Shown in pieces: positions 52,208 to 61,981 of a DNA stretch of 64,000 nt. Numbering within the stretch: the stretch's first letter is position 1; the number at the start of each line of letters is the position of its first letter. The notes beneath the pieces are model-generated. The model did not search any database and was not told where the DNA came from. It saw nothing but the letters and a program-made list of their open reading frames with translations. This stretch comes from Myxococcales bacterium (lineage in GTDB: Bacteria > Myxococcota_A > UBA9042). Location: positions 8,267-72,266 of the forward strand of contig JBBISH010000017.1 in NCBI GenBank assembly GCA_037441385.1, written 5' to 3'. Both the position numbers and the translations under genes were made by a program.

Positions 52208-52645
52208 TTATGCGGTGCGCCCCAGGCTCTGCAAAAAGGCCACCAGATCGCGGCGCAAGTCGAAGTGCAGGCGCACCATCGCCCGCGGCACCCCGGCCTC
52301 GCTCAGCGTCCCCCACAGCGAAGTGGCTGAATACACAGGCCGCATCAGGCTGGGGTGCTTGGCGCCGGCAAAGTGCAGGGTGCGGCCATCGTCGGCCTGA
52401 ACCTGGAAGGCGTAGCTGACGTGGCGCGGCCGCGACAGCTGCAAGCGAAGTTGCCCGCGAATCGGCTGCTGCGTGGCCAGGCGCTCGAAGGTGGCGGTGC
52501 CGGTCATCTCGGCCTCGACGACGCGCACCGGCCCAGTGGGCCTGGGCAGCCGCACGTGGATGAAAACCTCGCACAGTCGGGTGACGGCCGGTTGATCGAC
52601 CTCGAAGTAGCTGCCGCGCAGAGTTTCGGTGAACACCAAGCTCAT
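52208..52645 (-). CDS. Hypothetical protein
   Basis: ATGA overlap with the upstream DsbA-like gene; clean ORF MSLVFTETLRGSY. Confidence 0.7.
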   Translation of the reverse strand: MSLVFTETLRGSYFEVDQPAVTRLCEVFIHVRLPRPTGPVRVVEAEMTGTATFERLATQQPIRGQLRLQLSRPRHVSYAFQVQADDGRTLHFAGAKHPSLMRPVYSATSLWGTLSEAGVPRAMVRLHFDLRRDLVAFLQSLGRTA

Positions 52646-54507
52646 TGCGCGTTCCTCCACGATCGTGGCGTCGGCTCGGGCAAGTCGGCCGCGGTGGCTT
52701 GCACCAGCCGCGTCTCTTCCAGCGGGCCATGGTACAGGCGGCTGGCGACAAAGACGACCGGTTCATCGCCGCATTCGACTTGCCGGCGCACAGCCGCCAT
52801 CGAGGCGACGGCAACGCCCGGATCCGCAGCTTGCCACGCCGCAGTGGCACTCGCTGCCGGCAGTCCCAGCAATTTGGCCAACCACGGTGCGCCCAGCGAG
52901 GCCGGGTTCTTGGCGTCGAACAGGCCGTCGACGACGTCGCCCAGGCGGCGCAAGCTGGCCCCGGCCAAAAGCGCCCGCATGGCCAGACCTTGCGGGTCGC
53001 GCTTGCTCGGCAGCGCCCCCACGTGGAGTACGATGGGGTTCTTGGCGTCGCCGGGGCGGCGCTTGAGCATGGTCCAAGCCGCCCGCGACGCCAGGCTACC
53101 TGGGTCGATGAGTAGCACCACGCGATTGCCGCGACCGCCGATGGACGGCAATTGCCAAAGATCTTCAATATCTTCGGGGTCGCCCAGGTCCAGGTCTTGA
53201 TCGCTGAACCACTCCCCCTGGGCTAGACGCTGCGTGTACGCCCCCGCCCGCGGTGTCGCTTGCGCCAATTGCCGCAGCTCGGCCGCTTCGTGGGTCATCG
53301 CTTCGGGCAGGCCGCTGTCGCTGGCACGGCCCAACCAGCGTCGGCCGTTGATCAAGATGGTGCCCGCCTGGGCCTTGAGGTGGCGCGCCTGCTCGGCCTG
53401 GCCGTGCAGCCACACCGCCAAGCGGGGCTCGCGCAGCAGGCGATCCCAGCGGTTCTCGGCACCGGCCGCGCGCACCGCCTGCCGCACCGCATCGGCCGTC
53501 CACGGCCCCGGCGTCGCCAGCAAGCCACGCACCACGGTCGTCCGCTCGCCAAGCTCGCCCAACGCCGCAAGTCCAGCGCAGGCCGCCTCGCCGCCGCGGT
53601 TGCCGAGCACGCGCACGGTCAGCCGGCTCGACGGCGCCGCCAGCGCCAGTTTGGCCACTTGGTTCGCTTCAGCGGTGGTCCAAGCTTGGACGGGATCGAC
53701 AAAAATCGTCACATTCAGGTCGCCAACCTCGTCGCTGGTGGCCAGGTCCCCCGCCAGCGGCAAGGCCCGCAACCGCGGACCAAGCAAACCCTTTTCGGCC
53801 GAGGCTGTCGTGTTGCCCTGCCGCTCGCGGCGCATGGCGTCAAAAGCCCCCGCGACCTCGGGGTGATGCCGCACGATGCCAAGGCGCTCGCTGTCCGCCC
53901 CGGCGCCAAAGCCAGCCCGGTCGTTGTTGGCTTGCCACTGCGCGTTGGCCAACAGCCGCTGTAGCTGCTCTTCGGTCGGCTCGCCGCTCAGTCCTTGGCC
54001 GTTGATCAAAGCCGACGGCGTGGCCCGCACGCCAAAGGCCAGGGCGGCCTGCCGCTCGCGTTCCAGCGTGCGCTGGACGGCGGCGCTGTTCAGGTCCGTG
54101 GCCAGCCGCGCGCGATCCAGGCCGGCCAGTTCAGCGGCGCGCAGAATGGCCGCGTCGTCGGGCTTGGCCTGATTCATCAAGGCCTGAACGAAGGGCAGTT
54201 CGCGGTTCTGCAGGCGCGCCGCCACCGCCGCCTGCGCCGCTACCTGCGCCAGCGGGTGACTGCCCAGCGGCAAATGGTGCAGCACCACCGTGACACCGGG
54301 GCGCTGCAGCGCGGCAAACCGCGGCCAAGCGCGGCGGCTATGCGGGCAATCCAAATCGATGAACAGCCGCACGGTGAGGGGGGCTTGCTCGCCTTGCGCT
54401 TGCGGGGCGGCCAGACCGGCCCAAGCCGGAACCGCAGGCAACAGGGCACTGCCGGCCGCTACCATGAGCACCAACCATGCCGACACGGCCGTGGGTCGCG
54501 TGGCCAT
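52642..54507 (-). CDS. Secreted DsbA/thioredoxin-fold protein (one CxxS domain plus degenerate domains)
   Basis: Signal peptide ending PAWA; FIDLDCPHS...HHLPL..HP...FGVRATPSALING; later Cys-less segments ending TILINGR and PVVFV. Confidence 0.8.
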   Translation of the reverse strand: MATRPTAVSAWLVLMVAAGSALLPAVPAWAGLAAPQAQGEQAPLTVRLFIDLDCPHSRRAWPRFAALQRPGVTVVLHHLPLGSHPLAQVAAQAAVAARLQNRELPFVQALMNQAKPDDAAILRAAELAGLDRARLATDLNSAAVQRTLERERQAALAFGVRATPSALINGQGLSGEPTEEQLQRLLANAQWQANNDRAGFGAGADSERLGIVRHHPEVAGAFDAMRRERQGNTTASAEKGLLGPRLRALPLAGDLATSDEVGDLNVTIFVDPVQAWTTAEANQVAKLALAAPSSRLTVRVLGNRGGEAACAGLAALGELGERTTVVRGLLATPGPWTADAVRQAVRAAGAENRWDRLLREPRLAVWLHGQAEQARHLKAQAGTILINGRRWLGRASDSGLPEAMTHEAAELRQLAQATPRAGAYTQRLAQGEWFSDQDLDLGDPEDIEDLWQLPSIGGRGNRVVLLIDPGSLASRAAWTMLKRRPGDAKNPIVLHVGALPSKRDPQGLAMRALLAGASLRRLGDVVDGLFDAKNPASLGAPWLAKLLGLPAASATAAWQAADPGVAVASMAAVRRQVECGDEPVVFVASRLYHGPLEETRLVQATAADLPEPTPRSWRNAQ

Positions 54508-54513
54508 GAAAGG

Positions 54514-56550
54514 CTAGGGCGCGCTCAGCAGCCGCTGAATCGCCGCGCGGAAGGTGTTGGCCGAGAAGCCGTTTTGCGGCGAGAACAGGTGACCGTTGAT
54601 GAACACAGTGGGCGTACCCTTGACGCCGGCCTGATCGCCCAGCGCCTTGTTGGCCTGCACGGCCGCGGCGTGGCGGTGATCCTTCAGGGCCGCCTCTAGC
54701 TTCTTCAGGTCCAGTCCCGCTTCCTTGGCGCGGGTGGTCAGCGCCGAGTCGTCCAGGCGATCGTTGTTCGCCATGACGGCCTTGTGAAATTCCCAGAACT
54801 TGCCCTGGGCGAGCGCCTCTTGACCTGCTTCAGCAAAGCTCTGGGCCAGGCCGTGGATCTTGTCCAGCGGGTAGTCGAGCCAAATGACCTTGACCCGGCC
54901 CGGGAATTCCTCCTCGATGGCGCGCAGGTGCGGGTCCAGGCGCGCCGAGAACGGGCACTGGAAGTCCTGGAAGGTGACGATCTCGATGGCCGCGCCGGGA
55001 GCGCCGCGCAGCGCCACCTTTTCGGGCAGCTTGATGGTCTTGGCCTCGGGCGCCAGCGAATCCAGCAGCTTGCCCTTGGCGATGATGGTTTCGTAGACCT
55101 TCTCGGCCGCGGTGCCCGCCTTGATCAGCTCTTGAGCCTTGGCGATCTCTTCGTCGATCAGGGCCTTGAGCGCTGCCTCTTCTTTGGCGCCGACCATCTT
55201 GCGGCCGTTGACGAACAGGTTGGGCGTGCCGCGCGCGCCCAGGGCCGCCGCCTGGTCTACGTCGGCGTCGACGCGCGGCTTGGCGCCTTGCGAGACCATC
55301 GCGCTCTGGAACTGCGCCTTGTCCAGGCCCACCGTGGTGGCGGCGTCGGCCAAGCCGACCGTGTCCAGGTTCTGCTGGTGCTGCAGCAAGTAGTCGTACA
55401 TCTCCCAGAATTTCTTCTGGTTGCGCGCTGCCTCCAGCGCCAGGGCCGCCGCTTCGGCGTGGGGGTGGAAGGGCAGCGGGTTGTGCTTGAACACCAACCG
55501 CACCTTGCCATTGGACTCGTCGACCAGCTTCTTGAGCGTGGGCCGCAGCTTGGCGCAGAAGGGGCACTCCATGTCCTCAAAGGCGACGATCGTCACCAGC
55601 GCGGTGTCCGCACCCATGCGCGGGTCGTCGGGCCGGATGCCCACGCGCCACAGCGTCTTGTTGTCTTCGAGCGGCTGGCCTTGGTTGGCGTCGCCGATCT
55701 GCACGGCGCCCGTGCCGCCGCCGGCCGGCTGGATCTGCGCCGACTCCACGCCCGACGACCGCGCCACCTTGGCCGGCACCGGGGCGTCCGGCGGCGTCTG
55801 GCCCTTCAGGATGTACTTCTCGTAGTCCGCGGCACCCTTGGGATTGCTGCTGCCGACCATGGCCTTGATCAGGCCCGACGACGGGGTTCCGGCGGCCAGC
55901 AGGCCTTGGGCCTTCTGCGCCTCTTCGGTGACCTTCTTCTCCCAGAATTCCATCGGTTGCGCGCCCTGGTACAGCACGCCGTTCAGCACGAAGCTGGGCG
56001 TTCCCGAGATGCCGAACACCTTGGCCAGACCCACGTCGCGGGTCACGATCTTCAGCGACTCGGGCGAGTCGAGATCGGCGGCGAATTTCTTGGAGTCGAT
56101 GCCGGCCTCGACCGCCCAAGCCAGCAGTGCGTCGCGGCCTACACTCTTGGCGGCCATCATCTTTTCGAAGTACTTGAAGTACGCACCTTGCTTGTGGGCG
56201 GCCACCGCGCCGCGGGCGGCGATCAGCGCGTTGGGGTGCACGTCCAGCGGCAGGTTCAGGAAGCGAATCCGCAGCGAATCCTTGTGCTTCTCGGCCAGGT
56301 CCAGCAGGCCCTTGGCGTTGCCGCGCGAGTACGGGCACTCAAAGTCCAGGAACGCCAACATCTCGACCTTGGCCGCCTGGGCGCCGCGGGCCGGGGTATC
56401 GATCGGCCGGCCACTGCTGCTGCTGCTGCCGGTCCCCGTTTCCTTGTTGCAGGCAGTGAGGGGCAGGGCGCTCGCAACCATGCAAGCCATCAAAGAAATG
56501 TGAGCGACGCGCTGCGTGGGGAACGCGCTCGACCGACCGAAAAACGCCAT
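54514..56550 (-). CDS. Lipoprotein with three tandem DsbA-like domains
   Basis: Lipobox LTAC; DFECPYS..GTPSFVLNG; DMECPFC..GTPNLFVNG; DFQCPFS..GTPTVFING. Confidence 0.9.
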   Translation of the reverse strand: MAFFGRSSAFPTQRVAHISLMACMVASALPLTACNKETGTGSSSSSGRPIDTPARGAQAAKVEMLAFLDFECPYSRGNAKGLLDLAEKHKDSLRIRFLNLPLDVHPNALIAARGAVAAHKQGAYFKYFEKMMAAKSVGRDALLAWAVEAGIDSKKFAADLDSPESLKIVTRDVGLAKVFGISGTPSFVLNGVLYQGAQPMEFWEKKVTEEAQKAQGLLAAGTPSSGLIKAMVGSSNPKGAADYEKYILKGQTPPDAPVPAKVARSSGVESAQIQPAGGGTGAVQIGDANQGQPLEDNKTLWRVGIRPDDPRMGADTALVTIVAFEDMECPFCAKLRPTLKKLVDESNGKVRLVFKHNPLPFHPHAEAAALALEAARNQKKFWEMYDYLLQHQQNLDTVGLADAATTVGLDKAQFQSAMVSQGAKPRVDADVDQAAALGARGTPNLFVNGRKMVGAKEEAALKALIDEEIAKAQELIKAGTAAEKVYETIIAKGKLLDSLAPEAKTIKLPEKVALRGAPGAAIEIVTFQDFQCPFSARLDPHLRAIEEEFPGRVKVIWLDYPLDKIHGLAQSFAEAGQEALAQGKFWEFHKAVMANNDRLDDSALTTRAKEAGLDLKKLEAALKDHRHAAAVQANKALGDQAGVKGTPTVFINGHLFSPQNGFSANTFRAAIQRLLSAP

Positions 56551-56635
56551 GTGCAAGACTCCCAATGCCAACGGGCGGGCACATTAGATTAGGGCCTGTG
56601 CTCAGCTAGATCAAGCGCCGCGCGCGGGGACCTAT

Positions 56636-57994
56636 CTATTGATCGGGGTCGCCACGGCCCGGTCGCCGCAAGCCGCGCCAGGTGGCCAAGCGGTCGGCGA
56701 TGCGCGCCTCTACGCCGTTGCGGGTCGGCTCGTAGAAGATCGTGTGCGCCAGCCGATCGGGCAGGTAGCTCTGGTCGTTGAACCCGCCGTCGGCGTGCGG
56801 GTCGCGGTAGTCGCTGCCCCAGCCCAAGGCGCGGCCCACCGCCGACGACGCGTTGCGCAAGTGATCCGGCACGGGCAGCGTGCCCTGCCGTTCGACGGCC
56901 TGCATCGCTGCCGCCAACCCCAGGTACGCCGCCTTGGATTTGGGCGCACAGGCCAGATAGGTGACTGCCTGCGCCATGGCGATGCGCGACTCGGGCAGAC
57001 CGCACAACTCGTGGGCCTGGGCGGCAGCGTTGGCGACTACCAGGGCCTGCGGATCGGCGTTCCCTACGTCTTCGGCTGCCAAAATCACCAGGCGGCGGCA
57101 AATGAAGCGCGGATCCTCCCCGGCCGCCAGCATGCGCGCCAGCCAGTACAGCGCCGCGTCCGGGTCGGAGCCACGCACCGACTTGATGAAGGCCGAGATC
57201 ACGTGGAAGTGCTCGTCGCCCTGGCGGTCGTAGCGGGGCCCCCGCGCCATGGGCAGCTGCTCCAGGTCCTCTGGAGTCAGTTCGGACGTCGCGGTGGGAT
57301 CGCTGGCAAGCTTGCCCAACAGGACTTCGACCGAGGTTTCGAGCAAATTCAAGGCCCGGCGCGCGTCGCCGTCGGCCTGTTGCGCCAAGCGTTGCAAGGC
57401 GGCGTCGGTCGCCGTTACCCCGCTTTGGCCCAGGCCGCGCGGCTCACGCAAAGCGCGCTGCAGCAGTCCGACCAAGGTGGTCTCGTCCAGCGCCTCCAGC
57501 GTCACCAGCACCGCGCGGCTGAGCAGAGCGGATGTAAGCGAAAAGCTTGGATTTTCCGTGGTCGCGCCCACCAAGATCAGCGTGCCCGCCTCGACATGCG
57601 GCAGCAGCGCGTCTTGCTGCGCTTTGCCCCAGCGGTGCACTTCGTCCACGAACAAGATGGTGTGTTCGCCGTTGCGCGCCGCGTGCTCTGCCGCTGCCAC
57701 CACCTCGCGCAGTTGCTGGACGCCGTCCAAGACCGCGGACAAGGCGGCAAATCGCGAGCGACTGTGGGCAGCGATGACCCGCGCGAGCGTGGTCTTGCCC
57801 ACGCCGGGCGGCCCCCACAGGATCAGCGACGGCAGACGCTCCGCTTGCAGGGCCTGCCGCAAGAAGCCGTCTGGCCCCACCCACTTGGCCTGGCCAACTA
57901 CCTCGTCGAGCTGGCGCGGCCGCATCCGCTCGGCCAACGGCGGCTGCGCGGGCTTGTCGAACAGCCCCGCGCTCCTGGGTTTTGCGGTTGCCAT
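56636..57994 (-). CDS. rarA: Replication-associated recombination protein A (MgsA)
   Basis: PLAERMRP, WGPPGVGKTTLA, FVDEVHRW, GATTENPSF, SAFIKSVRGSDPDAA, EDVGNADP. Confidence 0.95.
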   Translation of the reverse strand: MATAKPRSAGLFDKPAQPPLAERMRPRQLDEVVGQAKWVGPDGFLRQALQAERLPSLILWGPPGVGKTTLARVIAAHSRSRFAALSAVLDGVQQLREVVAAAEHAARNGEHTILFVDEVHRWGKAQQDALLPHVEAGTLILVGATTENPSFSLTSALLSRAVLVTLEALDETTLVGLLQRALREPRGLGQSGVTATDAALQRLAQQADGDARRALNLLETSVEVLLGKLASDPTATSELTPEDLEQLPMARGPRYDRQGDEHFHVISAFIKSVRGSDPDAALYWLARMLAAGEDPRFICRRLVILAAEDVGNADPQALVVANAAAQAHELCGLPESRIAMAQAVTYLACAPKSKAAYLGLAAAMQAVERQGTLPVPDHLRNASSAVGRALGWGSDYRDPHADGGFNDQSYLPDRLAHTIFYEPTRNGVEARIADRLATWRGLRRPGRGDPDQ

Positions 57995-58000
57995 GCCGAC

Positions 58001-58936
58001 CTATTCCGGGCTGCCCCAGTCCCCGCCCGCCATCCATTCCGGGTGCACCGTCAGCACCGGGCAGCGCGAATTCTTGACGACGTGCTCGGCGGTCGACCCC
58101 ATCAGCGTATTGCGGACGTTGTCGCGACCAATCGCCGGCACCACGATCAGGTCCGCGCCCTTGTCGGCGTAAGCCATCACGGCCGAACCTGCTTTGTTGT
58201 CTTCGATCAGCTGCCAATAGGCCGGCACGCGCTGCACCAAGTGCGCGGCATCGCTCAGACGCGCCTGCATCTTGGTGCGGATCTGGTACTGCAGGTCTTT
58301 GGGCAGCAGGATCTCGCCCTCGGGCGTGGTCAGCGTCTGTGTGTGCACGGGCTGCACCACGTCCAGCAGTTCGAGTCGACCGCCGACTTCGGCCGCAAAA
58401 CCCTCGGCAGCGCGCAGGATGGGTTGCCACTCGCCGGTAAAGTCCACGGGTTGCACGATGCGTTGGAAGCCCTTCCATGTGTCGACGTTCTCGGCGAAGC
58501 GCTCGTTGACGCTTAGAATCGGCACGCGGGCGTCGCGGATGATGCGCGCCGTGGCCGAACCCAGCACGCGGCCCGTGAATTCGTGCTGACCGTGGGTGGC
58601 GACGACCGCGAGGTCGGCCTGGAACTCGGCCAGCGCTTCCATCGCTAGCTCGAATGTGGAGCCGACCCGCGCCACGACCTGCACCTGCACGCCCAGTTCG
58701 GCCAAGTCGGCGCGCAGCGACTCGAGCTGGGGCATGACCCGCTGGCGGTCCGCTTCGTCGATCACCCGTCGCACTTCGGCCGCGCTGCCGTCTAGGTAGA
58801 ACAGCTCGCTTGAGCCGCGAAAGGCGTGAAAAATCGTAACCTGCGACGAGAAGGTCCGTGCGACCGCCGCGAGGGGTTTGAGGGCGAGCCGCGTCACGTC
58901 CGACAGGTCGGTCAACAGGACTACGCGATCGAACAT
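58001..58936 (-). CDS. Tandem universal stress protein
   Basis: Two Usp domains (VLLTDLS...ADLAVVATHG...LGSATARI; PVDFT...ADLIVV...MGSTAEHVV..RCPVLTV). Confidence 0.92.
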   Translation of the reverse strand: MFDRVVLLTDLSDVTRLALKPLAAVARTFSSQVTIFHAFRGSSELFYLDGSAAEVRRVIDEADRQRVMPQLESLRADLAELGVQVQVVARVGSTFELAMEALAEFQADLAVVATHGQHEFTGRVLGSATARIIRDARVPILSVNERFAENVDTWKGFQRIVQPVDFTGEWQPILRAAEGFAAEVGGRLELLDVVQPVHTQTLTTPEGEILLPKDLQYQIRTKMQARLSDAAHLVQRVPAYWQLIEDNKAGSAVMAYADKGADLIVVPAIGRDNVRNTLMGSTAEHVVKNSRCPVLTVHPEWMAGGDWGSPE

Positions 58937-59210
58937 GGGATCCCTCGCACGCCGCGCCAGCGCAGCGCCCCACCTTGGCGCAATGGTCCGTCGCCGTCAA
59001 GGGTCGCCCAGTCGCGCGATCGCCGCCGCTGCGTTGACAATTCATTATGTGAGGCGGTACAAGGTCCCGGCGACTGACCCTGTGCGTCGCGCGCGCAGGG
59101 CCTTTTGGGGTCGCACTTCCATTCCGCCGTCATCCCTGGCTGCAACGACGCAGATTCCGCTGGATGGGCAAGGCATGCGCGGTACCCCCGCGCCAACGTT
59201 GGGTGAAAAC

Positions 59211-59465
59211 ATGAAGATTCAATCGATCCTGGTCGCCGCCGCTCTCGCCTTTGCTGCTCTTGCCGCCGGTTGCTCGGGCGCCGCCAAGACCGATGCTGCT
59301 CCCGCCAAGGCTGGCTGCGCCAACGACGGCGAGTGCGCCTCGCTGGGCCCCTGCGGCCGCTGCGTTTCGGGCACGTGCCAGAACCAGTTCGGCCCCGCCT
59401 GCTGCGGTGGCGATCACGACTGCCCGGCCGACAAGCCGCGCTGCCGCAACCACAGCTGCATGTAG
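59211..59465 (+). CDS. Small Cys-rich lipoprotein (84 aa)
   Basis: MKIQ..LAAGC lipobox; CANDGEC, CGGDHDC motifs. Confidence 0.8.
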   Translation: MKIQSILVAAALAFAALAAGCSGAAKTDAAPAKAGCANDGECASLGPCGRCVSGTCQNQFGPACCGGDHDCPADKPRCRNHSCM

Positions 59466-59707
59466 CTCATCCGCGCTTGCCGCCGGCCAGTCCGCATGGG
59501 TTGGCCCGGCGGCGGCGCAAGCTTCGCTGGCTCCCCCGCAGACCGTTGCCAGCGGCGTGAACCTGCCCAGGTTCGCGCGGAATCGCTCCGGGGTTTCACG
59601 GGTTGCGAGCACGACGCTCGCGCACCCCTGCGGCCTTGGTGGTAGTGTCTCTGGCTCGCCGTATGCATTTTGCCCGGTGGGGCAACTTGCATGGTGAGCG
59701 ATCGAAC

Positions 59708-59882
59708 CTAGTACTACAAACCCGAAGTTCGTTCCGGGTTAGGATTTTTGAATGGTTTGTAGTACTAGCATCTTCAGCCAGCAAAGGGGGCGCGCCGCCC
59801 CCTGCGACCCCGCGCGCGGTTCTCGCCGCCTAGTACACCAAGGGGCCGCAACTCGGAACGAACTTTTGGCTTGGTGTACTAG
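59708..59882. mobile_element. Composite array of CTAG-bounded MITE-like modules
   Basis: Perfect 15-bp IR CTAGTACTACAAACC (59708-59722) / GGTTTGTAGTACTAG (59754-59768); 28-mer shared with 15659; perfect 13-bp IR CTAGTACACCAAG (59830-59842) / CTTGGTGTACTAG (59870-59882). Mobility is inferred. Confidence 0.65.
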
Positions 59883-60053
59883 CTTGCATGGCGGGGCCCC
59901 CAGGTTGGCCATCGCCTGACCAACTCCCGCGTTTTGCACCCGGCCGGTTCGTGCCCAAAGCTCTGCCGGTTGGCGCAACAAAAAGGCCTGCGCAGAACCG
60001 CACTGGGGACGTCTTGAAGCCCGTGAAGGGCGCACACGGATTTTGGAGGAAAA

Positions 60054-60908
60054 ATGCCTAGTCTCGTTGGCCTGCACCCTGCCATTCGCAACGTCGCCGC
60101 TCGCGCCGCCCTTTGGACGCGCGGCCAGGCCGTGGCCTTTGCGATGGTGGCGGGCGCATTGCTCGTCTCGGGCTGCGGTGGCCCCACCTACCCCAACTGC
60201 GCCAGCGACGACAACTGCAAGAGCAAGGGCGAGTACTGCGTGAACACCAAGTGCGCGCAGTGCCGAATCGACAGCCACTGCCCGGGCGCGGACAGCGACA
60301 AGTGCATCAGCTGCCAGGCGGGTGCCTGCGGTCGCAAGCCCGACTGCTGCAGCTCGAACCTGGACTGCGGCGCCGGCAAGAAGTGCGACGTGGCCGCGAA
60401 CAAGTGCGTGCCCCAGTGCGCCGCCGACACCGACTGCGCGGCCGGCCAGAAGTGTGTGGGCGGGGCCTGCACCTCGCCTGCGGTCAGCGCGGGCGGCGAT
60501 GGCTGCAAGAGCGACGGCGACTGCGGCGGAGGCTTGAAGTGCAAGGACGGGCGCTGCACGGACGAAAAGGGCAACTGCGCGCTGGCGACCATCAACTTCG
60601 CCTTCAACGAGTACAACCTGACTGAGTCCGCGCAAAATGGCTTGTCGGCCAACCTGAAGTGCCTCAAAGAGAAGCCGGTGGCCTCGGTGACGGTGGAAGG
60701 CCACTGCGACGAGCGCGGTACCGACGCCTACAACATGGAACTGGGTACCAAGCGCGCCAAGGCGGTCAAGGACTTCCTGCAGGCGGCCCTGCCCAAGGTC
60801 AAGGTCAAGACCATGTCGTACGGCAAGACCAAGCCGGTTTGTTCGACAGAAGACGAGTCGTGCTGGGGCCGCAATCGCCGTGCCGAATTCCGCACCCAAG
60901 AGAAGTAG
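60054..60908 (+). CDS. pal: Pal/OmpA-family peptidoglycan-associated lipoprotein with Cys-rich N-terminal repeats
   Basis: Lipobox LVSGC; C-x-x-D-x-x-C repeats; INFAFNEYNL, VTVEGHCDERGTDAYNMELGTKRA, SYGKTKP, WGRNRRAEF. Confidence 0.85.
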   Translation: MPSLVGLHPAIRNVAARAALWTRGQAVAFAMVAGALLVSGCGGPTYPNCASDDNCKSKGEYCVNTKCAQCRIDSHCPGADSDKCISCQAGACGRKPDCCSSNLDCGAGKKCDVAANKCVPQCAADTDCAAGQKCVGGACTSPAVSAGGDGCKSDGDCGGGLKCKDGRCTDEKGNCALATINFAFNEYNLTESAQNGLSANLKCLKEKPVASVTVEGHCDERGTDAYNMELGTKRAKAVKDFLQAALPKVKVKTMSYGKTKPVCSTEDESCWGRNRRAEFRTQEK

Positions 60909-60984
60909 TCGTCGCTGCTCGGTTCGGCCGGCTTGCCGCAGACCTTCGCGCGAGCGACCCGAGCCCATCGGCGAGAGGTGGTCC

Positions 60985-61980
60985 ATGAACCTGCGAATGC
61001 CCGTTGCGGCGCTGCTCGTCGCCGGCCTGTTGCCGGGATGCCTGGCCACACGTGCCCAGGTGACCGAGCTGGAAGGGCGCTTGGTCACGGTAGAAAAAGC
61101 CCACGCCGGCTTCTTGATGACCGCCGACCGCGAGACCAAGCGCCTGCAGTCCTTGGCCGGCGAAGTGGAGCAGAGCAACGCCGCGTTGCGCGAGTCGCTG
61201 GCGCGCTCTGGGGCCAAGCTCGCGGACTTTGACACCAAGCTGCAAAAGACCCGCGGCGAGCTGGAAGTCTTGGCGCACCGGCTGGAAGTCGTGGAAAAGA
61301 CGGGGGGCGGCGCCGCTGACCAAATCTCCGAGGTGCGCCGTCGCCTGGAGCAGTTGGTGGCCGATCTGCGCGACCGCGCCGGTATCGCCATCTTGGCCTT
61401 GCCCGCGGATCTGCCTGCCGATGCGGACGGTTTTGCCAAACTGGCCGACGCCAAGCTGGCGGGCGGCGAAGTGCGGACCGCGGTGGCGGTGGCCACGGAG
61501 TGCCAAAAGCGCTTTGTGGCGACCGAATCCGCCGGCCAGTGTGGCATCGTGTTGGCCAAGGTGGCGGTGCAAGAGCAGCGCTACGCCGACGCCACGCGCA
61601 TCCTGCAGGCGATCCACGACAGCTTGGGCGGCAAAGCCGTGCCGGTGGTTGGGGCGGCGCTCTTGGAAATTGCTCACGTTTTGGAGCTGCAGGGCCGTTG
61701 CGCCAACGCCCAAAAGGTGTACAAGTACCTGATCTCGGACATGCCCAAGCTGGCGGCGACCAAGACGGCCAAGGAACTGCTGGCCAGCTCGGCCTCGCGC
61801 TGCAAAGAAGGCCAGGGCGCGCAGGGCAAGGGCGAAGAGCCCGAAGCCGCCAAACCGGCCGACGCTCCGGCCGCGGACGCCGCCGGCAAGGCGGGTGAGC
61901 CAGGTGGCGACAAGGCCGCCGAGAAATCCGAAAAGGGCGACAAGGCCAAGCCGGCGCCCGACAAAGCCAAGTCGAAGTAG
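60985..61980 (+). CDS. CpoB/YbgF-like coiled-coil + TPR lipoprotein
   Basis: Directly after pal; LPGC lipobox; long coiled coil followed by TPR-like helices. Confidence 0.7.
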   Translation: MNLRMPVAALLVAGLLPGCLATRAQVTELEGRLVTVEKAHAGFLMTADRETKRLQSLAGEVEQSNAALRESLARSGAKLADFDTKLQKTRGELEVLAHRLEVVEKTGGGAADQISEVRRRLEQLVADLRDRAGIAILALPADLPADADGFAKLADAKLAGGEVRTAVAVATECQKRFVATESAGQCGIVLAKVAVQEQRYADATRILQAIHDSLGGKAVPVVGAALLEIAHVLELQGRCANAQKVYKYLISDMPKLAATKTAKELLASSASRCKEGQGAQGKGEEPEAAKPADAPAADAAGKAGEPGGDKAAEKSEKGDKAKPAPDKAKSK

Positions 61981-61981
61981 G

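Noticed and set aside
52642..56550. Selenocysteine in the DsbA active sites
   Set aside because: The CxxS sites translate as Ser in uninterrupted ORFs; there is no in-frame TGA.
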